Part shown: piece after piece, positions 7,370 to 16,093 of the stretch
How positions within the stretch are numbered: position 1 is the stretch's first letter
Layout: the number at the start of each line of letters is the position of its first letter
UHGV virus genome: UHGV-0187499
DNA from: a virus
Length of the DNA stretch: 16,665 nucleotides
Reading direction: 5' to 3' (one strand)
Notes under the pieces: generated by a model
Seen by the model: the letters and a program-made list of their open reading frames with translations, nothing else
Told to the model about the DNA's origin: nothing
Database searches by the model: none
Program-made: the position numbers and the translations under genes

Positions 7370-7409
7370 TTTGACAGCGGGTAGCAGGTTGTTAAACCTG
7401 ATTGTGAGG
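7370..7409 (+). promoter_or_regulatory. Downstream copy of the antisense target pair (a2/b2-like), overlapping the RBS of the 74-codon ORF
   Basis: TTTGACAGC at 7370-7378. TGATTGTG at 7399-7406 overlaps the Shine-Dalgarno GTGAGG (7404-7409), eight nt before ATG 7418. Confidence 0.4.
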
Positions 7410-7417
7410 CCGTAACT

Positions 7418-7642
7418 ATGGTTAACGCCAATCCTTGCTCACGTCCAGAATTCATCTGGCGTTTCCACTCCCTGCAAAAACACTGCGATCACTTCGCAAT
7501 TGCCGCAACCGAAAAAGAAGCCCGTTCTCTGATCCCTGATCAGTATGGTGTTCTTACTGGTCGTTTCTCTACTTCCCCACAACCAAACACTAATCCTTGG
7601 TATCGCAATATTACCAATCCCGGCATTGCGGAGGCACATTGA
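7418..7642 (+). CDS. Small leader ORF (74 aa), translationally coupled to the downstream antirepressor-like gene; icd-like by position
   Basis: GAGG eight nt upstream of ATG 7418. Stop TGA 7640-7642 overlaps ATG 7642 of the next gene. Its RBS is covered by the b2-like box. Confidence 0.5.
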   Translation: MVNANPCSRPEFIWRFHSLQKHCDHFAIAATEKEARSLIPDQYGVLTGRFSTSPQPNTNPWYRNITNPGIAEAH

Positions 7643-8349
7643 TGGATATCTGCATTCTTGAAAAGCCATCAATGACCAGCATTGAGATCGCGGAACTGGT
7701 GGGAAAACGTCATGACAATGTGAAGCGTACCATTGAAACATTAGCCGAATCCGGCGTTATTGTTCGTCCTCAAATTGAGGATGAACCAAAAATAGATGTA
7801 ATGGGGCGTTCTCGATTAATTCAGGTGTTTCGATTTAGCGACGAGCAAGGCAAACGAGACAGTATCATTGTAGTCGCACAGCTTTGTCCTGAGTTTACTG
7901 CCCGGCTTGTGGACCGCTGGCGCGAACTGGAAGAACAAGTACGCCAGCCGTTGACCGAAATAGAGATGATCGCCGCAATGGCTGCAAATGCAGTTCAGCA
8001 GCAAAAGCGGCTTCATGTTGTTGAGTCAAAGGTTAGCCAGGTGGTAGAAACCGTCGAGCAAATCAAGAAAGGCAATATTCCGGAAGGCTACATTGGCTAC
8101 CGCCAGCTGGCGGCAAAATGCGGCCTGACCGAAGCCAAATGTCGCAACCTGGTTAACGCTTTCCGGATTCCCACCGATACACATGAGTTTTTAACTCCAG
8201 AGGGGGTATTGTCGCGTCGTTCCATCGTAGCCTTATCTCCCTTCATGAATGCTTTTAACCGGATGATGTCGGAGGCTGAACACCGAGGAAAACGCTGGTA
8301 TCACCCCAAAATGGGGCAATTCCAGGTGATCGGTTGGGGAGGTGAATGA
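7642..8349 (+). CDS. Rha-family phage regulatory / antirepressor-like protein (235 aa)
   Basis: N-terminal motif MTSIEIAELVGKRHDNVKRTIETL matches the Rha-family signature. GGAGG at 7629-7633, eight nt before ATG 7642. The ORF-track start at 7597 is an upstream in-frame extension that overlaps the leader ORF. Confidence 0.75.
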   Translation: MDICILEKPSMTSIEIAELVGKRHDNVKRTIETLAESGVIVRPQIEDEPKIDVMGRSRLIQVFRFSDEQGKRDSIIVVAQLCPEFTARLVDRWRELEEQVRQPLTEIEMIAAMAANAVQQQKRLHVVESKVSQVVETVEQIKKGNIPEGYIGYRQLAAKCGLTEAKCRNLVNAFRIPTDTHEFLTPEGVLSRRSIVALSPFMNAFNRMMSEAEHRGKRWYHPKMGQFQVIGWGGE

Positions 8350-8546
8350 TGGACATCATGCAGGCGGTAAAAAAAATCAGGGAAGAACAGGCTGAAGTGT
8401 GCCGCCGTAAAGCATGGAGTGTTGGTGTATGGGCCTGGCCTGATAATTACTCTACTACCGGATGGTTTTGTATTAATGGACTCCAGATCCGGGAAGTTTA
8501 TTTATCGACGGCTGATATAGTCGGTAATGATTGGATCGTGACTTGA
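8346..8546 (+). CDS. Small hypothetical protein (65-66 aa) coupled to the Rha gene; Trp-rich; possible small accessory or anti-defence protein
   Basis: ATG 8346 or 8349 overlaps the Rha TGA (8347-8349). GGGGAGG at 8336-8342 favours ATG 8349. Contains KAWSVGVWAW and a C-terminal ...DIVGNDWIVT. Confidence 0.5.
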   Translation: MMDIMQAVKKIREEQAEVCRRKAWSVGVWAWPDNYSTTGWFCINGLQIREVYLSTADIVGNDWIVT

Positions 8547-8554
8547 AGCGTGAT

Positions 8555-8579
8555 GCCCCGGCCTGGCCGGGGCTTTTTT
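8555..8579 (+). terminator. Rho-independent terminator after the Rha operon
   Basis: GCCCCGG-CCTGG-CCGGGGC followed by TTTTTT (8574-8579). Confidence 0.65.
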
Positions 8580-9064
8580 CATGCCTCATTAGTTGAGGTT
8601 GCTGCGCCTCCGACTGGTAACAGAGCGGTATTGCGTGGTTCGCCAGCAGGCCAGCGATAGCCAGACACTCTTGATGTTGGGAATGCGCGAATATTAACCG
8701 CATCCCCCTGGTTCCCACCCAGGACAAGCAGATCGCCATTGGCGCGGCGTCCGACAACGAAGCCTACGTGCCCACCGCCTACGCGGGTAAATACAACGAT
8801 ACATCCGTATGCCGGTGTATCTAATTTCTCGCCCCAATCCAGATAGGATTTTGCCGACTCAAATCTTGTTGAGCGGATGCCTACACGTTCCAGCATTGCA
8901 CCGACAAATGCTGCGCACCACGGCGTTTCATCGTCTTTAATTCCGCCGCGCTTGATGTCGCGCCAGAACTGAACGATTTCAGGGTTGTGTTTAGCGCCTT
9001 TTATTTCAGTCAGGCCAATGTGCTTACGGGCTTCAATTAGCCAGCGAGGTTCAATGTTTGCCAT
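8579..9064 (-). CDS. Cys/His peptidase-like protein (CHAP / NlpC-P60-like; resembles the TIGR02594 family as recalled), putative peptidoglycan hydrolase
   Basis: Minus-strand ORF of 161 aa with a strong RBS (GGGAGA five nt before ATG, read on the minus strand). Cys in PWCAAFVG and His in GGGHVGFVVG have the spacing of papain-like cell-wall peptidases. It is the only clear minus-strand gene in the window. Confidence 0.7.
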   Translation of the reverse strand: MANIEPRWLIEARKHIGLTEIKGAKHNPEIVQFWRDIKRGGIKDDETPWCAAFVGAMLERVGIRSTRFESAKSYLDWGEKLDTPAYGCIVVFTRVGGGHVGFVVGRRANGDLLVLGGNQGDAVNIRAFPTSRVSGYRWPAGEPRNTALLPVGGAATSTNEA

Positions 9065-9119
9065 ATTTTTCTCCCGGTCATGGGTTAATAAGTAGGCAAA
9101 CTATGGGGAGTATGTGATT

Positions 9120-9147
9120 TTGACGGTAGTATCTTCCCCGTGAAAAT
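9120..9147 (+). promoter_or_regulatory. Candidate promoter for the giant methyltransferase-helicase gene
   Basis: TTGACG (9120-9125), 16-nt spacer, GAAAAT (9142-9147). If this -10 is real, GTG 9140 cannot be the start codon, which supports TTG 9215. Confidence 0.3.
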
Positions 9148-9214
9148 AACATTCTCCATACCCTCTCAACCGTACCGCATAGCGGATTTTTTACGGTTTA
9201 GAGGGGGTAATCCT

Positions 9215-12200
9215 TTGGATAAACTACTTCATTCAATCAGTGAAGCCTCCAGCTTAGGCGAACTGATTGAGATTGTTAGTCGGTTGCATAAATTACGTGC
9301 TGTTGCGACCTTTGGCGTTAAGAAAGTCGATGGTGTCAGCATTCAAAAAACACGGCGGGCAGCAAACAACGCCGCAGTAGAGCTTCTTAATTCCCTTCCG
9401 CCCGGCTTCGATGGGGCGAAATTAACTGACGAACAGCGTCAGATTCTTGCCGGGTATACCGGTGAAGGCGGCCTGACAGATGGTGAGGGCAGCCAATACG
9501 AATACTACACGCCACAGTTTATGGCTGAAGGTATATGGGATCTGTTTGCTGACTACGGTATTGATGGCGGGCACGTACTGGAACCATCAGCGGGCACAGG
9601 TATTTTCCAGGAGACAAAACGACAGGGCATGATAATGACCAGCGCCGAACTGTCTCCGATTTCCGGTCGAATAAACCAGCTTTTGCACCCGGAAGACGAT
9701 GTGAATATCGGGGCGTTTGAGGCGCTGGCGGCGAAAGACGCAACGTATGATCACGCTGTTGGTAACGTACCGTTTGGTGAAGGGCGTTCCGGTGTCGCCG
9801 GGCTTGATCCGGCATATGCAAACGAGAAGAACGTTGGCAATTACTTTGTGCTGCGCACTATCGACAAGGTTAAGCCAGGTGGGCTTATCGTATTGGTGGT
9901 GCCGAATGGCATGACCGATGGTACGAAATATAAAAAATTGCGCGATAAAGTCAGCCGTAAAGCGGAATTTTTGGGCGCACATCGTATGCCTTCCGGTACG
10001 TTCAGCGAATCCGGTACAGATACCGTGGTGGACGTATGGGTATTGCGTAAACACCCGGAAACCTTCCTGGAGATGATCCCCGACACGGATGATTCAACAC
10101 TCAAATCGGCAAACGTCCTTTGGGATGCCTTCCTCAAAGGAAAATGGTTTACAACCGAAGGGAAGCGATTTGTTTACGGCGACATGGAACGTACCAGCTT
10201 CCGCAATACCCTGGTGGTGAAAAAGGACGGTCGTGTATCCAATGAGTCGATGAAAACCGCGCTATCTCGTCGCTTTGATAGTCGCATTAATTGGGATTTG
10301 CTCGGCGTAACTACTCAGGCATGGCAGGGCGCGAAAGTGGGCGATAAACGCCTAGTAGGCGGCATCTGGCATGAGTTTGATGGCCTGAAATGGGTCAAGG
10401 ACACGACAACCAAATCCTCCGCGCTTGATGTAAGTCGATATGGTGTTTCGACATTCGGTGATCTGCAAACAACGTTCCAATCAACAAACGGCATTCTGGC
10501 TCTGTCATGGGGGCAGATATCCGCGATCGCTTCCGACTATCCATCGGTTATCAGTGATGAAGTAGCGGCAATGATTCGCTTTGCTGGGAAACAACGCGAA
10601 AAAGACCGTGAGCGCATTATGCGCGGTGCGCTGATCGGGCAACTTATCAATAAAGCGCTGGATAAGCGTAACCTTGGTGAAAACGTCGATGATGAACTGG
10701 CTGATGCCGCACGTCTGACGGCTGCCGAAGTTGCTAAATATGGCCCACCACACGCCATTAAGCTAAACGACATTACCGAAGCGGGCGCGAAGAACTGGCT
10801 GACATTCACCGGGAACGTCAATCAGGACGGTGAAGCATCCGATCTGCTGTCCGGACGGCTTGATGTTAGCAAAGGGGCTGCTGGTATTGATTTCACTCGT
10901 CCGGAACAGGTTGTGACACACCTTTTCAGCGATGTTGCCCTTAATCCTATCAATCTTGATGACTTCCGCGAGGCGTTTAAAGGCGAACTGCCAGAAGACG
11001 ACGATCAAGCACTGGAATACCTGGCGAAATTCGACGATATCGCTATTGATGGATATGGTTGCCTGCTACCGATGGGCCGTGCCACTAGCGGTGATATTAA
11101 ATCAAAAGTGGCACTGCTGGTGGGCTGGCGAGACGCGTCCACAGGAGAGCGGAAGGCCAACTTTGAGCGCCAGCTTTCAAAAATCGAAGAGAAACGCACG
11201 TTTACACCGCTGAACAAAGTCACGGTAAACCTTAACGCACGGTGGTTGGATCGCCGCCTGATAAAAGAGTTCCTGGCAGAGCAGGGCTATGACGAGTTTA
11301 AGTATACAGAACCCGACCTTAAGGTTGAGAACGGCATTCTGGTATCCCCGGACGATTACGAAGGTAAGGACGGGGTATTTACTGGCTACCAGCTACGAAC
11401 CGTAAACGGCAAAAACGGGAACGAGTTCAAGAAAGCGAATAACAAAGATGGCTTCCTGAATCAGCTTGAGAACTACCTGAACGGTGTTAAACCGCGCGGA
11501 CAGAACGCTAACGAGTACCTGGACAAAATCGCCCAGCTTGAGACGAGTTTTAACGACTGGTTAAGAACTCACCCGCAGGCAGACCAGATCGCCCGCGATT
11601 ATAACGACGCCTTTAACGGTTATATTCCATTTACCCATTCAGACGCACCCCTGGGGCTTGAAGGCATCAGCGGGAAACGTATACCGCTTTCTTACCAGAA
11701 CGAAGAAGTTCGTCGTCTGTCGGAAGATGGGCGCGGTATTATGGGATTCGGAACTGGTTTGGGTAAAACGACGACCGCGCTGGCACTGGAAGCCTATAAC
11801 TTTGAAACCGGGCGAACCAAACGTACCTGTATCGTTGTTCCAAAGGCCGTATACCAGAACTGGTATCACGAGGCACAGAGCTTCTACAGTGCAGATGCCT
11901 TCGCCAATATGATGTTTATCGGTCTGGACGAAGTGCGCGATGGTGACGGAAATATTCAGACTGCCCCAGTGCTCGACCAGGACGGCACCCCGCGACTTGA
12001 TAACGACGGCAATCCGATCACCCGTAATGTTGTTAAAGAATCCGCCAGTGCCGTTATCGCTCAACGCATGAACATGATCCCATCGTCGAACTGGCGAACG
12101 GTCATCATGACAAAAGAGCAGTTCGCATCTATCCCGTTGCGCGATGAAACCATCGGAGAAAACTCACAGCAGGCTGTCTTTAATGCCGCCGAAATGGGGC

Positions 12201-15200
12201 GTCTTGACCTGGCGTCAGGCAAGCACCGTGATGCGCAGAAGAAGAACAAGATTAAGGACCAGGCCGCGAATACCGGTACAGCGAAGAAGCAGAATATCCC
12301 GTACTTTGAGGATATGAACTTCGATAGCGTAATTGCCGACGAAGGGCACAACTACCGCAACTCCTTTGGTGCCGGGCGTGAAGCGGGGCAACTGGCATAT
12401 TTACCTAATCCGGCGGTATCCAAAATGGCCCGTGACATGGCTGTAAAAGCTGCGTACATGATGAAACGTCACAATGGGCGCGGCGTCGTAATGCTGACAG
12501 CAACTCCGCTGGTTAATAGCCCTATTGACGCCTTCAACATGCTGTCAACGGTGATCCCTCAGCACGAGTGGATGCACATGGGAATTATTACCCCTGACGA
12601 CTTTGTGCGAGTGTTCGGTAAAACAGCCACTGTTCAGGTCCAGAAAATTTCTGGCGAAGTGGAAGAGAAACAGGGGCTGGTGGGCTTCCAGAACCTTGAT
12701 GGTCTGCGTGGCATTTTCCACCGCTGGACAACGCTTAAAACGGCTTCCGATGTTGGTGCAACGGTAAAAATCCCGGATATCGTCGAAAACACCTTGCAGA
12801 TCCCAATGACTCCAGAGCAGCAAGCAGCTTATGAAGAGCTTCGTAAACGCGCGCAGGAGTTAAGTAGTAAAGATGCGCTGACGGTCGATGAAAACGGGCA
12901 TATCACAAACGAAAAACCGGATGATTTCATCTTCTCCATCATCCGCGACATGGATAAGGTTGCTATAGATCCTGATCTGTATGCCAGTGCGATTACATTC
13001 CAGTTCCCCGTTGAGCTTGCAGACAAGGTAAAAGCTATTGCTGATGCCCTGCCAAAAGTAGCTGGCGGTAAAGTGGCAGATGATGCAGACGAGGCCGAAG
13101 AAGATGGCGCTGGTGGGCTGGTCAGTACGCGTACCAGCAAGGTAGTGAAGACCACCTTTAGCGAACATCCGTCGCATGTTGAAATACGTGCTGGCATTGA
13201 ACTGGAAGCTGAAATACTGAAGGCCATTGCGGCTGCCGGTATTGATATGCAGCAGGTATCACACCCCATCCCGCCGAAGTATGCCGCGCTGATCGAAAAC
13301 CTTCGTGAAGGTCTGAAGAACGGTAAACAAATCGTCTTCATTGATGAAAAAGCCCAGCACCAGAAGCTGCGCCGTATTATTGCCAGTGCACTGCAAATGC
13401 CGGAGCAGGAGATAGGCATTATCAATGCGACGACAGTTAGCCAGGCTGGCGGCGTCAAGCTGAAGAAGGTGAATAAGCCGACTGAACCTACGCCAAACAA
13501 AGACGGTGAATACAAAGAAGGCGCATGGGAAACCTACTACAGTAAACTGGCCCAATATGAGGATTATCTCTCTGCTAAAAATGATGCTGGCCTTGAGGGG
13601 ATGGAAGGTATTGCTGCCGACTATAACGAAGGGCGCACGCGAATCATTATCTGTAACAAGAAAGCCGAAGTAGGTATCAACCTGCATATTGGAACGACCG
13701 ATATTCACCACCTGACACTACCCTGGACTCCTGCCAGTATCGACCAACGAAATGGGCGAGGTGCGCGCGTAGGTTCTCCGCAAGAGAAGGTTAATGTTCA
13801 CTATTATTGTGGCAAAGGCACATTCGATGACTTCCGTCTGGATACGCTTAAACGTAAGAAAGACTGGATCAAGATGGTGATGACCTCCGATATGTCAGAG
13901 ATCGCCAATGGTGATGCGGATGACGCTGATGAACGCGCCATTATGCTGGCGGCAAATCCGGAAGAACGACGCGCAATTATGGCTCGTCAGTCGAAAGAAC
14001 GTGAGGAACGCCTGCGACTTAAAGCGCAACGCGAAGCCAATAATGCTCTCGATAACTACCTGAAAGCGGCGAATGCTGCCGGGAAGGATATCGGCATGAT
14101 GGAGGCAGAACTGAAAAGCGCGATGGAGCAGGTGCAACGATACCAGAGTGATCTGGATGGACTGATTAAGAGCGGCATCAACAAAAACGGACAGAAATAT
14201 ACGCTTTCAGCACTAAGCAAAGCTAAAAAAAGTGTGCGTGAATTGCGATTTGCAATCACCAGGGCGAAGGACGCGGATACTGTTATGAAACGCTCTCGTG
14301 GTGATGTGGAGCGTGCTATTAAGTCTGGTGTGCTGGATATCAGTATCGATGTTATTCAGAACCCGCAGGAGTATATTCGCACTGGCAAGAACATCCTGTT
14401 GCATAAAGGTAGTTACTACCGTGCAGTCATTAATGCTGAATACGAGACAACGGCGATTGTACGCGTGACACAAATTGAGAGCGAAAAAGCGCAATTCACC
14501 TGCCGCGTCGCCTGGCTGGATAGAGCAAGTCGCCACTCTCGTTCTCCTGGCTCAACCATGACATTACCGTTTGACTCAGTGGTTGAAGCGGTAACATTTG
14601 AAGAGGGGGTGGCTGAATCACGAGAAATAGCGGCACGTGGTGTTCAAAGCCACCAGCTTTCAACCTCTCTTTCTCGCGATCAATTCTATGACGCTATTCG
14701 TAGCGGTGTTATGCGGGTAACTGGGAAAGATCGTGGCGGTTGGCAAGGAGCACCGGATGTAAACTATTGGGCTTATCGTAACGCCAATGGTCAGATTCAA
14801 ATGGCCTTTACCTATGGCGGGATGATTGGTAAAAAAATTAGCGCATCTGGAAGTGACGAGATAGCACCTGAACAATGGATTTATCCTGATGTAAACGACG
14901 AAGCATTAAAACGCGAAGTCGCGAAAATCCAGACAGGTGATAACCCACTTCGTATTTCAGAGGCAGAAGGTTTTCTCCGTGCATTGTTTGGCTTCGATTA
15001 TGAGCAAGGTATGGAGGCATGGGGCGCTCAGGCCACTATGGATGATGTGGTCAGGGCGTTCGATGGCTGGATGGCAGGGCGCGATCTCTCCGGGCGTTCA
15101 CTTGAAAAAGTGACTCAGGAAGATGTCCGCAGCTTGTTCCGCAAGCCAAATGGAGAAGGCCTGGAAACGTACTGGCGAGGCGTGCTTTCTTTCCGCGATT

Positions 15201-16057
15201 TCCAGGGGCGCATGAAAGCCTTCACCAATGGTTCGGAGATTTCGCAGATGTTCGAACAACTGCGAACGTCCAAAATCACAACCAAAATTGAGAAAACACG
15301 CATGGCGCTAAATGCATGGCGTGATGCGCTGTTTGATCAGTACAAAATGCAAAGTGATGCAGATGGTTGGGCGTCACTTGCCTCGTTGGCAGATCAGTCA
15401 GTTTACAGTGCGCAACTAAGCATTTCTAATGCCGATAATCCGCTTGAAACATCTGCAACAGTCTGGATTAAAGCGGGGGCGTTAATTCATGCATTTGAGG
15501 ATAAAAGCATTACCCGTGATGATTTCGCAGATGCAGATAGCTTGAATCGTCTTGTCGGGATGGCTATACGCCATGCTAACGCCTTAAAAGCGGGCAGGTA
15601 TGTGGAAGAGTTGCCTGATGCTCTGAAATCTGCAACGTGGGATGACTTTGTGTCGCTTAAAAATGGTGGCGCTACGGAGTCAGAGATTGCTGAACGTCTT
15701 GCGGCGGCTAAGACTGAACGGGAAGAACAGGCTGATGCAGCAGAGATCAAGGCTGACGAGGCAGCAAATGATGATTACATTATCGTGGTAAACGATAAGC
15801 CTATTCGCGCCAAAGCACGTGTACGCGGGCGCTGGTGGAGCGTAAGTGAAGACGCTGGTGCTGTTTATCTCATTGCCGATCAGCCCGGTTCCTCGACAAT
15901 ACGGAACGCCAAGGACGCGATTAAGAAGATTGGCGGGCGTTTCTGGAATTTTGAAGCAAACCCGGTTGCTGATGTGAACTTTGACCGTCCGGCATGGATG
16001 GTATCTACTCGTTACTCGGTAGATGAACTACGTAAAATAATCGCCGATGCGGCTTAA
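9215..16057 (+). CDS. darB: DarB-like giant anti-restriction protein: N6-adenine methyltransferase fused to an SF2 helicase with a long C-terminal extension (about 2280 aa)
   Basis: Methyltransferase motifs: YYTP (9503-9514), EPSAGTG (9581-9601), GNVPFG (9761-9778). Helicase motifs: GFGTGLGKTTTA (11744-11779), DEGH (12338-12349), TATP (12497-12508), QRNGRGARVG (13745-13774). Preferred start is TTG 9215 with GAGGGGG seven nt upstream; the ORF-track start GTG 9140 has no RBS and rare codons (ATA three times, AGA, CGG, GGG). Stop is TAA 16055-16057. Confidence 0.85.
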   Translation: MDKLLHSISEASSLGELIEIVSRLHKLRAVATFGVKKVDGVSIQKTRRAANNAAVELLNSLPPGFDGAKLTDEQRQILAGYTGEGGLTDGEGSQYEYYTPQFMAEGIWDLFADYGIDGGHVLEPSAGTGIFQETKRQGMIMTSAELSPISGRINQLLHPEDDVNIGAFEALAAKDATYDHAVGNVPFGEGRSGVAGLDPAYANEKNVGNYFVLRTIDKVKPGGLIVLVVPNGMTDGTKYKKLRDKVSRKAEFLGAHRMPSGTFSESGTDTVVDVWVLRKHPETFLEMIPDTDDSTLKSANVLWDAFLKGKWFTTEGKRFVYGDMERTSFRNTLVVKKDGRVSNESMKTALSRRFDSRINWDLLGVTTQAWQGAKVGDKRLVGGIWHEFDGLKWVKDTTTKSSALDVSRYGVSTFGDLQTTFQSTNGILALSWGQISAIASDYPSVISDEVAAMIRFAGKQREKDRERIMRGALIGQLINKALDKRNLGENVDDELADAARLTAAEVAKYGPPHAIKLNDITEAGAKNWLTFTGNVNQDGEASDLLSGRLDVSKGAAGIDFTRPEQVVTHLFSDVALNPINLDDFREAFKGELPEDDDQALEYLAKFDDIAIDGYGCLLPMGRATSGDIKSKVALLVGWRDASTGERKANFERQLSKIEEKRTFTPLNKVTVNLNARWLDRRLIKEFLAEQGYDEFKYTEPDLKVENGILVSPDDYEGKDGVFTGYQLRTVNGKNGNEFKKANNKDGFLNQLENYLNGVKPRGQNANEYLDKIAQLETSFNDWLRTHPQADQIARDYNDAFNGYIPFTHSDAPLGLEGISGKRIPLSYQNEEVRRLSEDGRGIMGFGTGLGKTTTALALEAYNFETGRTKRTCIVVPKAVYQNWYHEAQSFYSADAFANMMFIGLDEVRDGDGNIQTAPVLDQDGTPRLDNDGNPITRNVVKESASAVIAQRMNMIPSSNWRTVIMTKEQFASIPLRDETIGENSQQAVFNAAEMGRLDLASGKHRDAQKKNKIKDQAANTGTAKKQNIPYFEDMNFDSVIADEGHNYRNSFGAGREAGQLAYLPNPAVSKMARDMAVKAAYMMKRHNGRGVVMLTATPLVNSPIDAFNMLSTVIPQHEWMHMGIITPDDFVRVFGKTATVQVQKISGEVEEKQGLVGFQNLDGLRGIFHRWTTLKTASDVGATVKIPDIVENTLQIPMTPEQQAAYEELRKRAQELSSKDALTVDENGHITNEKPDDFIFSIIRDMDKVAIDPDLYASAITFQFPVELADKVKAIADALPKVAGGKVADDADEAEEDGAGGLVSTRTSKVVKTTFSEHPSHVEIRAGIELEAEILKAIAAAGIDMQQVSHPIPPKYAALIENLREGLKNGKQIVFIDEKAQHQKLRRIIASALQMPEQEIGIINATTVSQAGGVKLKKVNKPTEPTPNKDGEYKEGAWETYYSKLAQYEDYLSAKNDAGLEGMEGIAADYNEGRTRIIICNKKAEVGINLHIGTTDIHHLTLPWTPASIDQRNGRGARVGSPQEKVNVHYYCGKGTFDDFRLDTLKRKKDWIKMVMTSDMSEIANGDADDADERAIMLAANPEERRAIMARQSKEREERLRLKAQREANNALDNYLKAANAAGKDIGMMEAELKSAMEQVQRYQSDLDGLIKSGINKNGQKYTLSALSKAKKSVRELRFAITRAKDADTVMKRSRGDVERAIKSGVLDISIDVIQNPQEYIRTGKNILLHKGSYYRAVINAEYETTAIVRVTQIESEKAQFTCRVAWLDRASRHSRSPGSTMTLPFDSVVEAVTFEEGVAESREIAARGVQSHQLSTSLSRDQFYDAIRSGVMRVTGKDRGGWQGAPDVNYWAYRNANGQIQMAFTYGGMIGKKISASGSDEIAPEQWIYPDVNDEALKREVAKIQTGDNPLRISEAEGFLRALFGFDYEQGMEAWGAQATMDDVVRAFDGWMAGRDLSGRSLEKVTQEDVRSLFRKPNGEGLETYWRGVLSFRDFQGRMKAFTNGSEISQMFEQLRTSKITTKIEKTRMALNAWRDALFDQYKMQSDADGWASLASLADQSVYSAQLSISNADNPLETSATVWIKAGALIHAFEDKSITRDDFADADSLNRLVGMAIRHANALKAGRYVEELPDALKSATWDDFVSLKNGGATESEIAERLAAAKTEREEQADAAEIKADEAANDDYIIVVNDKPIRAKARVRGRWWSVSEDAGAVYLIADQPGSSTIRNAKDAIKKIGGRFWNFEANPVADVNFDRPAWMVSTRYSVDELRKIIADAA

Positions 16058-16062
16058 CAGAT

Positions 16063-16093
16063 AAGGAGCGGCCCCAGCCGGGGCCGAATTTGA
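16063..16093 (+). promoter_or_regulatory. Hairpin between a Shine-Dalgarno sequence and the start codon of the gene after darB; possible split RBS or RNA processing/stability element
   Basis: AAGGAG (16063-16068), then a 7-bp stem CGGCCCC / GGGGCCG with an AGCC loop (16069-16086), then AATTTGA and ATG 16094. There is no U-tract, so it is not a typical terminator. Confidence 0.35.

Noticed and set aside
7106-7415. ORFs 7106-7366 (-) and 7218-7415 (+) in the region upstream of the 74-codon ORF
   Set aside because: They span the predicted structured RNA and target boxes, have no RBS and odd composition; the region is better explained as non-coding regulatory RNA.
9140-9214. GTG 9140 as the start codon of the darB-like gene (ORF-track start)
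   Set aside because: No Shine-Dalgarno sequence, rare codons in the first 25 codons, and overlap with the candidate -10 element. TTG 9215 with GAGGGGG seven nt upstream is preferred; the choice does not affect the domain assignment.
12829-13515. 228-aa minus-strand ORF (and other minus-strand ORFs at 9519-15750) inside the darB-like gene
   Set aside because: They lie entirely within a motif-supported 6.9 kb coding frame, have low-complexity Ser/Ala/Cys-rich translations and no RBS; they look like antisense-frame artefacts of a long ORF.
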